From: Felis catus
Taxonomy: Eukaryota
Direction: 5' to 3'
Length of the DNA: 64,000 bases
Assembly (NCBI RefSeq): GCF_018350175.1
Contig: NC_058368.1
Coordinates: 180,918,001-180,982,000 of the forward strand
A program made the translations under genes and the position numbers. The notes beneath the pieces are model-generated. The model did no database searches. It had not been told where the DNA came from and was given only the letters and a program-made list of their open reading frames with translations. Shown here one piece after another: positions 50,761-63,136 of the stretch. Numbering within the stretch: position 1 is the first letter of the stretch; each line of letters begins with the position of its first letter.

Positions 50761-53384
50761 TGTACTACGCCCGCTCAGAAGGGAAGGTAAGAATATGGAA
50801 TTTCAGCCTAGGATTTAATTCTAACTACGTAGAACAAAACAGCATAGAGGCTTTAACAGCAAGGAGAGACTCTCTCTCCAGCCTGTTTCTAAAAGCCTAC
50901 AGTAACATATATTTGCTGCACATCCTGGAGAATCCAGGAAAAGTGGATGTGTAAAAATTAAAGGTTTACTTCCCCTGCATGCTTTCTGTGCAGCAGGACT
51001 TGCAAAAGAGAAGAGGAGACAAATTGGAAACCTCAATCAAGGATAGAAACCTCAGAGGAGAAGGCTCTTGCAGAAACTGTGAAAACGTTACTCGACATAC
51101 AGCAAAATGCTTTTCGTGATACTGCACACGTTGACATCAATATTATCATGTAAATACCTGTTAACAGAGCAATGCCTCATGGGGGTAAAAATGAACCACC
51201 TTTAAGAAAAACAAAAAGGCACTACAGACCTCCAGGCAGATGAACATGACCTCTGGTAACCACTCCCAGGGAGTCATTATGTTCTACTGTGTGAAACACT
51301 AGCTCTGGAGGAAGTCCCTAAACTTAAGGATGTAGACAACTGCTCTTTGTGGCTCCCAAGGAACTATTATAGTCAGTGAGGTAGACAAAACATGTTGTCT
51401 TCAAGTCTTGAGCAACCCCCTGGAGCCACACACGAACAGTCTCATCTCCTGATGCATGCTTCTGGTTGGGATGCATTCCAAACATGTCTCTGCACCTGTG
51501 TCATGAACAACACTGGGGAATTGGTGGTGGAGTGGAGTGTCCTTCCAACATGTGCCACCATGCTGTGCCTTCATCCGCAAGTTGCCCCCAGGACACCATA
51601 GTGACCTTCAAGCCAGAAGTGTGTGTCTGACTTTTGATTCATACAGATGGTCTGGGCAGGGTCTAATGAGGTCATCATGAACTTACTCTAATTTGTCCTC
51701 AAAGGAAAAATGCAAGATAAGTAATTGGAAATCTAGATGTTTGTTTTAATTGTGGGCCAGGAGTTCCAAACTGTCTTAAGCACCGTGTGCATCACAAAAA
51801 GTATGTTTGCTCCCTTACATACTAAAAGAGGGTGGAAATCAAGACTACAACTCTCTTCCTGATTCCTAATTGAAGAATTTGAGAATTATTGGTCATCTTT
51901 AGGGTTCCAATTGCTTCCCCGGTGTGCTATGCAATCATTATCATTCATTTATTTGATGCATATTTACTGAAAATTTACTCTTTGTAAAGCAGTTGGCTAT
52001 ATTCTGTGGATCATTTCCATTTTCTCCTATGTAGGGTGTGTATCACTTTGTACATAAAATACAGAGACATACAAAAATGCATCCATGTGCACACATATAA
52101 GATATAATGCATGTTTTTAGTATACAATGTACTAAAGTGAAATAAAGATTATGCAAAAATTGAGATATGACAGCTAAAGCACCACTAGAGAACTGTTAAT
52201 AAAGACATATGCTTTGCTTGATACAGTCTAAGGATATTTGACAGACTATGCTTACACACTTGGGGTTTACAATGCAGCCAAATGCATCCTGTGGGCAGTT
52301 ACTGATAAAGTACAGACACAGAGAAATAGGAAGTTTTGGCAGAGATGTAACTGGCCATGAAATCCTAAGTCCTACCAGGGTTTAGAGTGAAAAATGAAAG
52401 GCCAAGTTATATTTTTCACTGATTACAAAAAAGGGAGAATCAATTTGATTGCAGAATATCTGCCCTACCAGTGATGGCAAGACATTTTCAATATGGAAAG
52501 CATTTGAAGGAGAAGTTGTGTTTTTAGACCATGTTTGCCTGATGGATGGACTGTCACTTGGGGACTTCAGGCAAAAAGGTCTTTGCAGGGCTCAGATGAG
52601 GATAGAGAAAGGCGCACTGACAAGAGGCTTGGAACCTCAGGACTGCCTCTTCACAACCATCTTCTTTGAACCAGGAATCTCTGCGATAGAGGGGTTACAG
52701 GAACCCCCTCTTTTACATTCTGACGGGTCCAGGCACTTCAGCATTTATGTTTCTAGGTTTGCTTTTGGGCATGGACTATCTGAAAGCCCATTATTCCTTT
52801 CTCTATTTTGGTTCCTCTGTGTTAAAAAATGATGTTCTGGCAGTTGGAGAAGGCAAGCGTGTGCATTTTCTAAGTAGGAATCATGCAGAGTCGAACATTG
52901 CTTTACCCAAATAAAACTTTTTGCTTTCAGACTTTCAGTGGGCATGTTCCTTTTTTTAGCTTAAAAATTTTCTGGTCTGTATTAACAGCTTCTTTCACCG
53001 GCTTAGTCTCTCCCATTTTGCCAGCTGTGGACCCTGCCAGTGTGATTTCTTTTGTGCCCTGCTTTAAACAGTCTTAGAAACAGACCGTATTCTGCCATCA
53101 ATCCATGCAGAGAAATCGCACTGACATGAATGGAAGCTCTGTGCAGGAATCAAAGCCAGGGCATGGCTTCATCATATCTTAAAAAAAAAAAAAGTCCTCT
53201 TTTTATTTTGTCTGTTAATAACAAAAAAATACACTCAAAGAGCCGAGATAGAGGTTAAATCAAGAAACCAGGCAATGAGAAACTGAACTTCCAGGATGTT
53301 ATTTCTTTTATCTGTAAACTATAATAGGATCTAGTCCCCTTTTAAAAATGTTCAAGTATGAATACCTACATAATTACAATAAAA

Positions 53385-53570
53385 TAATACTGGTTAACAC
53401 TTATTAAGTACATATTATATCTTAGGCACTGTACTAAGTACTTTTTTCTAATATAATAACCTTTTAGGGTAAGAACTATTAATAAAGTCCTATTTTACCC
53501 TTCTGGTAGTAGCTGAGCCAAGATTTTGAACTAAGGCAGTCTGACAGTAGATAGCATATTCTTAACCACC
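53385..53570 (-). mobile_element. MIR
   Basis: AACACTTATTAAG..AGGCACTGTACTAAG..GATTTTGAACTAAGGCAGTCTGAC. Confidence 0.65.
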
Positions 53571-54838
53571 TCTCAAATCTGCCTCACAGGCAAGGGCACC
53601 AAAAAACATTGTTGGCCCTGAAAAAAACAAAGGAAAGCACACACTAAAGTGGTTCATTTAAAGTAGTTGGCTGGAATCTAAACAACATAATTGAAAAGGA
53701 ACAAAGACAACCCAAATTAGTTTATGTTAATGGTAAAATAATCATTAATAACAAGACATTCAAAATGTCCAACCAGCCTGGAAAATGACAGACCCATGGC
53801 CAGGGGCAGCCAAAATTGGCTGGGCTGTCCAGAGGAGAAACATCGCAATCTGCTCCTTCCACCTGCTCAGGATTACTTCTGGCTCGTCTTCCACAAACCA
53901 AAGAAAGAGGGGGGCTTAGCTTTGTGGAAAGGCCAGGAGTTGGGAGGAAGTTAAAATGGCCATTGACATACAAGTGGTTCTAGCTTCCTGCACTGGGTAG
54001 CTCTTGATTCAGTTGGATGCTATTAAGGTTATAATTATACTTTTTATCTCCAAACAGAGGTAGAATGGAGACTAGGAAGATGAAAATATGGATTTCAAAT
54101 GGTTGCAATTATTTGCTTAGCAATTATTTTTAAGGCCTATCTTGATTATTTGCCAGTTTGTTTCATTAATTCCTTTATTCAATCAGGAAACATTTATGTA
54201 GGTATTATGCTGGGCAACAAGGATGCAGTGTTAAATGAGACACAGCACTTTCCTTGAGACGCTCACAAAATCATGCACTGCGACATTGTACTTTGCAGTG
54301 GGATAAAAGGTGGCAGGGCCAGCTGCTTCATAAAGGTTTTGTGCCTCCCATTCCATTGTCAAGAGTTGCTCCTAGGACACCATCAGTCAGCTTTACCAGA
54401 ATCTAGGTAGGGCCACATAACTATTAATGTCAAGAGAGAGGAAGTGATAGGTCACTGATCAAGAAACAGTGGTACTTCCCATGGTTGAATGGAAAGGATG
54501 CTGACGATCCAAGTGAAGGCAGAGACACCAACTAGAAGGATTTTGGGTTCCTGAATAATCCACTGGACTGTGATGAGAATAAATACGTTTTTCTTCTAAG
54601 TTGAACAACCAGGAGGATGCAATATTTTCTGCTACCACAGCTACCATTACCTTAAGACATGATCTATAAGCAAAGTGTTGTTGAAGGTCTATTCCATGAT
54701 GAACTATTTTGACTCTCAGAAGATCTAAATATTTCCCTTATTTTCAAGATCTTGTTTGATATTTCCTTTTTGCTTGTATATGCTGCCAGCAATTACTAAG
54801 AATACTCTCGTCACAGTAAATCAGTCAGGTGACTTTTT

Positions 54839-55050
54839 TTTTTCTAAACATTTATTTATTGTTGAGAGACAGAGAGAGACAGATTGTGAGCAGGGGAGGG
54901 GCAGAGTGAGAGGGCAACACAGAATCAGAAGCAGGTTCCAGGCTCCAAGCTGTCAGCACAGAGCCCGACGTGGGGCATGAACTCACCAACCGTGAGATCT
55001 TGACCTGAGCCGAAGTCAGTTGCCCAACCGACTGAGCCACCCAGGTGCCC
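54839..55050 (-). mobile_element. Can-SINE (SINEC_Fc2-like)
   Basis: Reverse SINE ending GAGCCACCCAGGTGCCC; TSD TGACTTTTT. Confidence 0.95.
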
Positions 55051-55234
55051 ATGACTTTTTCTTGATGAAACAGATTTAATCTAGGAAATATTTTAACAGA
55101 TTCCTTTACTGTAAATTAATCTAGGTTTCACATATTCTAAGGCATTTTTAACTTAAAAGATCCCTGGGGGGTGGGGGTGGATCACTTGAAAAAGAGAAAA
55201 GCAATACTTTCCATGAGCTAGGCACTGCACTAAG

Positions 55235-55236
<2 letters not shown>

Positions 55237-55281
<45 letters not shown>
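55237..55281. repeat. (CA)n microsatellite
   Basis: Directly visible. Confidence 0.98.
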
Positions 55282-55286
<5 letters not shown>

Positions 55287-56864
55287 CTATATATGGCTTC
55301 AATGTATTCTTACAAAAATCCTGGAGGAACCTGGAGCGAAGCATTGAATCAAGACCATACAAAGATACTCAATAGTGACCAGGATCTGAATCCATTACCT
55401 GACATCTACTATACCTGTGTTTTCTCAAACAGTGTAGTAAAGAATAATATGAACCCACTTTTTGCAAAACAGGTATCTCCATGGACCATGTACCCGCCAC
55501 AGATTATTTATATCTCCGTGATTGCCATAGGAAAATAAAAAAAAAAGGTTAAACAAAAAATTAACATACACGCCAACACCTTTAAGGCAAATTAATGACA
55601 AAAGAGAGACAACACAATATATTAGAAAGAGTATTCATTTGAAATTAAAGGTCTATGACTCCAGCTCTATCTATTGCAGTGCTGGTGAACATTCTTGCCT
55701 GCCCCCTTCCACTAACAACCCCCTGGTTTCCTTTTAGAGACCATCTCTCCCATGCTCTGGACCCATGTAGTTTGAAAGCCTTGCCTCCATTCCCAGGTGC
55801 ACAGGTGGGCACCTGATTCCACTACAGACAAACAAAGCATGGAATTCCTCTGGTCACAGATGTCAGGAATAGGCATGCAATGGAAGCAGGGTGAAACAGA
55901 TTTAATAAGACTCAAAGACTCAATGATGGGGTGTTCCTTGGAACTACTGCAAAAGATACACTTTGTCTTTATTGAGATAGCTAAAAAATGAGATGAGTAC
56001 CTGGAAATGCCTGGAAAAAGTCAGACTCTAAACAAAGTGAGAAAGGGAAGCATGACAGATATGCATCTTGCTTTTACATGGAGTCCAAAAGTGGAACTGA
56101 TCTTGAACAGAAATGACCCAAGATAGAAACCCCTGAAATCAGCCCTTTGTGAACTTTTCTACCCTATCATCTCAGTCAATATATTTTCTTTCTTCTCTCT
56201 CTTTCTCTCGAGTAAAGAGAGTTCTGTCATTTGTAATCATATCAATAGCAGTAAAATCACTTCATTACTTGCTAAGTGACTTTCAGGAAAATAAAGGTTA
56301 AACGCCAATGGCTTTTAAAAAATTAGTATGTAAAACTTAAAAATAGAAGACTGACAAAAGAATTGCTGTGATTGAAACAGGGCTGGCCTACTGACCCACC
56401 CCATCTATTCTCCCAGCCCCTCCTGTACACGCAATCTCATGACTCACTAGAACACCATAGAGAACCTTGAACACCAAATGCTCCCTATTTCCCCCTGGGA
56501 ATAATCACCCCTCTACTTTGTGAGATTGTTGTGAGACACTATCTGACAAAGTGCTTGATACTAAGTAAGTGCTTAATAACATGTTTAAGAAAAGAGTGGA
56601 GAAAATAGAGACAAAGATTCTTAGGTTAAACTTTTGCATTTGACTCACTAGGAATTGTACTTATCCCTAGTAAGTGCCTTCTGACAGAAACATTCAGGGG
56701 ACTTTAAGACATGGCACTACAATTTCCAACCAGCTATGCTCCAGGCACATGGGCAGGAGATAAGCTCTGAACAGAGAAGCATTGCCTGCCTTCTTTTGGA
56801 ACACTGTCTCAATCTTTCCAACTAATTCCCAGGACAGGAGGGTCGTTGGGGAGACTTTACCTTC

Positions 56865-57202
56865 TGGCCAATTTGTGTGCTCTTTTCTCCTGGCCATACT
56901 GATTGGTTCAGGGAAGAGCCTTGGTCCCACATTATTCCAATGAGATTCAATCTCAGGATCTTGTTATTTATATCCAGTAGGAAAGAGAAGCTCTACTATA
57001 ATTTGGCTGGGTTGTTATACAGATAGATACGTAAGCCTAGACCTAGCGGAACTTATTACTATACATGGAGTCTGCCTAAAAATGACGCCAACAGAAAAAA
57101 AGAGAAGAGCCAAGAGATGGAAAGAATGTGTCTTAAGCTGATTTGAGCATCTGGATCCAACCTTATCTTTTTAAAAAAAAACTGTTTATTTTTGAGAGAG
57201 AG

Positions 57203-57248
<46 letters not shown>

Positions 57249-57535
57249 CGAGAGAGCGCACACACATGAGCAAGCAGGGGAGGGGCAGAGAGAAAGAGAA
57301 TATCCCAAGCAGGGTCCATGTTGTCAGTGCAGTCAGTACAGAGCCCAATGTGGGGCCCTAACCCAGGAACCACAAGATCATGACCTGACCCTAAATCAAG
57401 AGTCAGATACTTAACTGACTGGGCCACCAAGGAACCCCCAACCCATCCACCAGTAGTGCCTTTCATTGGAATTTCCTTGTTGTGTGAGGCAACACATTTC
57501 CCTTAAAATTTTACTGAAACCAAGTGAAGTTCACT
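56865..57535 (+). mobile_element. MLT1-like MaLR LTR split by a SINE
   Basis: TGATTGGTTCAGGG...CCAATGAGATTCAA...TTTGAGCATCTGGATCCAACC [SINE] ...GTGAGGCAACACATTTCCC. Confidence 0.65.
57168..57438 (-). mobile_element. Can-SINE with expanded (GA)n
   Basis: Reverse SINE body with a long GA tract; degenerate TSD CCAACC..ATC. Confidence 0.92.
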
Positions 57536-57819
57536 CGCTCCTATTTTAAAGGGAGATAATTCTCTCTAATTATGTAAGCAAATAGCATTCCAGAGAGCTT
57601 GGACCTGAGGAATAGGGGATAGTTTTCCAAGCTACAATTTGAATTATAAGCATGGCATTTGGTTATAACATTGAGAGACAAAAAAAGAGAAAAGTGAGAA
57701 GTTTGGAAACTTCTGAGTGTGTGACAAGTTTGGAAACTTTTGAGTGTGACACTTTGGGTAAGGGGTTTCACTTGCTGGGTTCTAATATTCTCTTGTGTAA
57801 AATGATGAGTGAGACTAAT

Positions 57820-58035
57820 TCGGTGGTCACAACTGGCAGCCTATAGTCCAAGATGACCCATGAGTAGGTTTTGTTTGGCTATTCTATTTCCCTTACCTCT
57901 AGCCTGCCTTTTAAGAAAGTAAGCAGGCAGGTATTTATAGGTGTTGTGCTTAGTTAAAAATAACAGTAATTTAGCATTTACTGTCTTACATCTGCCTGCC
58001 TGGTACTCCTAGATATTTGGGTTTGCAATCCCTCC
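57820..58035. mobile_element. MER102-like hAT element
   Basis: GGTCACAACTGGCAGCC...GTTTTGTTTGGC...CCTGCCTGG...ATTTGGGTTTGCAATCCC. Confidence 0.55.
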
Positions 58036-59619
58036 TAATGCCCTTTTAGGGCACTTCAGCACCACTATTCAATGTTTCTGCCTCAGATTTGCCTATTTCT
58101 GAAGTCTGAAATTTGTAAATTTGGCAGTTTATTATGGTAGGACATATCTGAAGAGGGTTGAACATGGGCTAGCACACCTGCCAATTAAACTTCTATTTGA
58201 ACCCTATGAAGTTACTATCCTGGGGATTTTCCTATTGATGAGAGGACTGTTCATACATTCAAGACGTGGATGATATAGAAGCATCCCACAGGGTCTGTAT
58301 CTCAGCGATCAATCCATCTGACTTCTCTACTGCTTCCCCTTTTCCTGCAGGGCTGGAAATCAATTGTGTGTTAGCTACTCTCCAGGTCTGAATCCAGGGG
58401 GCCTGGGAATTGAAATGCATATAGTTTCATTAGCCACATCAGCAAATAAAAACAAAAGGAAAGAAACGAACTACCCTAAATGAGTTCCCCAAATGAAGGG
58501 CATGTTAAGAGATAGTTGATTTATTTTCCCATGGAATTGAGAGGAAAATTAGGGAAAATAAAGCAAATTCTGGGACCACATTAAACCATATCATATGATA
58601 TCCAGAAATGAGGGTGGGCTGAGACAGGAGACCAGGAGACAAAAACTCTGTATGTACATAAAATCTCTATACACGCATTCTCTGGCAGACTGTATATTGG
58701 CAGGGGCAGGGGGAGGAGGAAGAAATGCTGTCTTTTTTAAGAACTAGATACATGAAAAATTTTCCTGTTAGTTCAGATTGGCTCAAAATACCATGCAGGG
58801 CTGCATTAATGAAGATTAAGCATATTTAGAGAGAATAATTCAAAAGACTTTATCAATTTGGCACTATTTCCTTCAAAATGGAAAAACCTTAATTTAACAG
58901 GATATAGATGAATTCCTAGATTTATTGAAATAGTTTGGAGTTGAATAAATGGAGTAGGAGTCACAAATCATTTGTTGCTGGTATTTTAGATTCTCTACCT
59001 TGAATTAAAACCCAAATAACACAAACTCTCAATTTTGTGTGATGTTCTAAAGAGAGGCTGGTACACATTTTGATATTTCCTTCCAATGTACGACATCCCT
59101 TTTGACCTTCTTTTCACCCCGTTTTGGAACAAAAGAATTACAGTGACAAATGCAAATGTGCACAATCTTGTATTCAGTGGTTGGCTGAGAGAAAAACATA
59201 GTTTTATATTTCCCTGGCACCCAAAACTCACTTAACTCCTCATTCTGGAGAAGGTTAAAAGCAGGTGATCAGAGACTACTCAGAATGTAAACTCCCACAA
59301 GACAGGATCTATGCCATCCTTTGGCCAATGGATACACCTGTGATCACAATTCACATTACTTTAGTATGTCACTTAGCCTAAAATGGAAGGGTGAGTGATT
59401 TCCGTAAACAGCACAATTCCTTCTTCAAATGGTCTAACCAAAGGAAGAGAAGGAAAAACAGAAGGGGTAGGTGAGGAAGCAGCAAGCAAAGAGTTTCCAC
59501 CACATTCTACAGGCCAGGCTCTGTGTCCACTGTATTCACACACATGGCTTTATTTATCTCTTTCCCAAAACAAGCCACCCCCCCCCCCCCGCCAAACCCT
59601 GGCAACAAAGACTAAGCCT

Positions 59620-59740
59620 TTCAAGTTGCTATTATTCCCCCTTTTACAGAAGTGGAAACTGAGGCTTTGGAGATGACACAGTTTTGTCCAAAATCTCAAA
59701 GTTATCAGGTGGTGGAGCCAGAATTTGAAGATGTGATTCT
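59620..59740 (-). mobile_element. MIR
   Basis: CCCCTTTTACAGAAGTGGAAACTGAGGCT...GGTGGAGCCAGAATTTGAA. Confidence 0.75.
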
Positions 59741-60464
59741 AGCATCTATTCTTATAATTACTATTTTAACTATGACACTGTTGCGGTTCTGGTCTGCGTT
59801 CTCTATGGAATTAACCTTCAATTTATTTTTTTGAAAACTCTACAAAGCTATAATTGATGGGCCAGTTAACTTTGCCTTGTGGTTTACTCAGTTTCTCTCA
59901 GAATTCCTTCCTCTCCCCCATTCACTCACAGGGATGCTCTTTATATGTCGGATGTACAACTGTAACCACCACTAGCTTGACCAAGGCCTTGCTAAATCTG
60001 TATGATTTCTCACCAGGACCAGGAGATATGCTGGCAGGCAAAGAGCCCTTCTTGTAACATTACAAACAACATAGTGAATTGGAATCACACCTATGTTAGC
60101 TCTGGGAAGGCCAGCAGCATCTCTCGGTCAGGTCAGTGTGGAGGAAGAGGCTGGGCTAATGGAGGAGCTGCCTTGGCATTGGTGTTGCTGAAGAGTGCTA
60201 TGCTTCCTCTCTATCATAAGTGCACACTGCCATGGCATCCAACTGAATTAATGAGTTTCCTGGGGATTGGAAATGATGCTGTGGAGGGCTTGTTAAACTG
60301 GAGTTCAGAAACCCTTCCTTCTGAAATGATGTGCTCTGGCTCCCATCGGTGCGAGCTGCTGCCAGTGCCGTGTGGACCTGCCCTGCGGCATTCAGTGGTC
60401 ATCCATAAACACATCTTGCTCTTGCCCTGCACAGCCCCAGGCCTGGACCTCACCATCCCCCAGA

Positions 60465-60532
60465 CTAATGTGACCCTTCTCGTAGACTTCCTGGGTGAGC
60501 TGAACCCCATTTGTACTGGCGAACAAAACTAT
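60465..60532 (-). CDS. Candidate C-terminal coding exon: (D)SFVRQYKWGSAHPGSLREGSH-stop; gene not identified
   Basis: Strong polypyrimidine tract (CTCTCTCGCTTTTGTTTGTTTTTCTTCATTCCCCCAAG|) followed by a GC-richer, CpG-retaining, protein-like stretch; possible donor ATG|GTGAGG at 60453, or read-through 3'UTR to AATAAA at 59827-59822. Confidence 0.45.
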
Positions 60533-60684
60533 CTTGGGGGAATGAAGAAAAACAAACAAAAGCGAGAGAGAGAGCAAAAAACCCCTCCGGTTTGTAGTTG
60601 GAGCCGATCAATGTTTTCATCTGCCATGGTGGGATCAGAACCTGAGCTTCCATTCAATTTCACAAACACTGTCCTTCCCCTTAC

Positions 60685-60729
60685 TTTGAAAAGTAAACAA
60701 TCATCTTTCCTCCTTTTAAGTGGCAGAAG
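60685..60729 (-). other. Candidate 45-nt cassette exon of an unidentified minus-strand gene
   Basis: Minus strand: long U-rich tract...GATTTGCAG|CTTCTGCCACTTAA...TTTTCAAA|GTAAGG; length is a multiple of 3; no repeat similarity recognised. Confidence 0.4.
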
Positions 60730-61544
60730 CTGCAAATCGCATGATGCCAAAAAACCCCCCAAAACCAAAAACCAAAAAAAAAAAAAAAACCAAACACCAC
60801 AAGGCAAGCCAACTGGAGGCATGCAACTGATTAGAAATATGGTGAAGAAAAGTGCGTCCGTATTAGAAATTTTTGTTGTCCAGCATAAAGCTGGTCAGTG
60901 GGCTAGGTGAGCAGGCCCTGTGTTCCTGGAATCTGACAGCTACTTGATTGACTCACCAACATTTGCTTTTTAATCCAAAGCAGCTTTCCCATAATGTTCG
61001 TTTCTTTTCCGCCAGCAGTATTTTAAGCTGAGGTGGGGAAAACTAAAAGCTACTAATTCCTTGGTGAAAAGATCAAAAAAGTACCCAAAAGGCAGCTAAG
61101 GGGACTTCTTGTCTCTTTAATCGCTCTCATTTCAGTTTGACTGCTCCCTTGTACTTTTTTGTTTTTACATCTTTTGCTCCAAGTGCCAAAAACCTCCTTT
61201 CTCTTGCATTTACGATAAAGCAAGTTACACAACAGTGTGCTGCAAAGAGCTGAACTTGGAAGTGATCTCAATGTCTTACTACGGTGTGAGCTCACTCTCT
61301 TCCCAGGGCTGCACGCGGGAGAACCAGCTTGATCGGGCCACTGGCCAATTTGTGTTTCAAAGGCCAATCCTGGTGAGCTAAATATTATTAACAGTAATTC
61401 AGAAGCCTCCTATTAAATTATAAGAAAACTTAGTACCAATATAGAAAACTGCTAATCTATGATCTTCACAAATACTGCCTAGATTGTGGAGGCTTCAACG
61501 TGAATTTAGACTGGCCATCTACTCAGACCCTTCCATTTACTGTT

Positions 61545-61975
61545 TGCATTCCCACAGAACCACATCAGAGTACCTCTGTTAATTTTGCCATCTGCCACAG
61601 AACTGGACTCTGTGGAGACAGTAAGTAGGAAAGGAGAAGAATCAATGCCTTCACCATTCTAGGGTTCCAGAACCTATTTTGTGCCTACCCCTTTTGCACA
61701 TTGTTTTATGGGTGTGTATTTACTACCATATTTCCTAGTACATAGTATCATTTACTTAATATTTCTTCCTTAAATTAACTCAGTTATTTCACTTAAATAA
61801 ATTATCTGAGAAAAACACAATATTGCTACTTTATAACACAAGGAAGTTCCACAATAGTATTTATATCATAAATAGAAGGTAACAGCAAAAACCAACATAC
61901 ATTATGAGAAACAAGTGGAAAGCAAAGTATTTACAATATCTTACAAAATGCTATTGCTGGCTGATTATCAGAACA
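61545..61975 (+). mobile_element. MER113-like hAT-Charlie fragment
   Basis: ATTTACTTAATATTT...ACTTAAATAAATT...CATAAATAGAAGGTAAC. Confidence 0.65.
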
Positions 61976-62164
61976 ACTGGCCTCAATCCACAGAAAGTGA
62001 TGGGAAGACCATATCCTGTTTCCTCCTTCATTATTCCCATGTCTTTCTGCTTTCTTAGATGTTACAGTGGCTGCCACAGAGCTAAATTGTATAATCCCCA
62101 GATGTGGCCCTTCCTCGTCTTATTCCTTATGTGTTTATCCCTAAGGAAATTGTGTATGTGGGTG

Positions 62165-62224
62165 TATGTATATATATATCATATATATATATCATATATA
62201 TATATATATATGATATATATATAT
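62165..62224. repeat. Interrupted (TA)n microsatellite
   Basis: Directly visible. Confidence 0.95.
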
Positions 62225-62354
62225 GGCTTACCTTTTACAAATGAGACACCTTATAGTTTTATGGATTAGGTTATATATAAGCTGAAAATACAACTGAAAT
62301 AAGATTTTTTTTTTTTGCTACAACTGAAATAAGTTTTAAAATGAGTACATAATT

Positions 62355-62640
62355 GGGGCATCTGGGTGGTTCAGTCCGTTAAGTGTCCAACTCTTGATTT
62401 TGGCTCAGGTCGTGATCTTACGGTTGTGACATCGAGCCCCGTGTCAGGCTCCACACCCAGTGTGGTCCTATGACCCCCTTGTAGAGTTTGATGAATTTAT
62501 TAGAGCAGCTCACAAAACCCAGGAAAAGCGTCCTTACTATTCACCAGTATATTATTCCATTTTTCATTCTCTTCCTTCTGCCCCTCCCCTGCTCGTGCTT
62601 TCTTGTTCTCTCTCTCTCTCTCAAAAATAAATAAATAACT
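62355..62640 (+). mobile_element. Can-SINE with an internal foreign (LTR-like) segment
   Basis: SINE head to about 62465, non-SINE insert about 62466-62570, then CCCCTCCCCTGCTC...(CT)n AAATAAATAAAT tail. Confidence 0.88.
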
Positions 62641-63136
62641 TTTCATCCATACTTATCAATACAATATAGAAATAGAAATGGTTATTGGGATAAAGAGAAA
62701 AAAAATTGTGCAGTGGACTTCTTACTCCTAAATTTGGTTCTTGAAATTCTAGGTTAGAGTTAAAATTAAACAGGAACTATTTCATGTGGTTCAAATCCAT
62801 TAACATTTCCAACATGGCTCCTATCAGGGTCAATTTGCTAATTCTAAAGTCTATATTATAAGAAAAGAAAAAAGCTTAATAGAACAGAACATCTTCTGAA
62901 AAGTCTTGTCCTCCAAATTTGCCATTACTAGGCTCAATAGAAATTTAGATCTCAATAAAATATTCTCATCATATATTTTTTAGATCTGCCATGTTTCCTG
63001 GGGGCTATCACTAATTATAAGCCATAATTCCCCAATTATAAGAAAAAGAAAAAAAAACCTCATGGAAGAGTTAGGCTATTCAAGACATTATACAATTTCA
63101 GCATAAATTTTTGTTTTCTGCTAAAAAAAATCATCA

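Noticed and set aside
6435..60955. About a dozen AP-1 heptamers (TGASTCA) across the window
   Set aside because: Close to the chance expectation for a 7-mer on two strands
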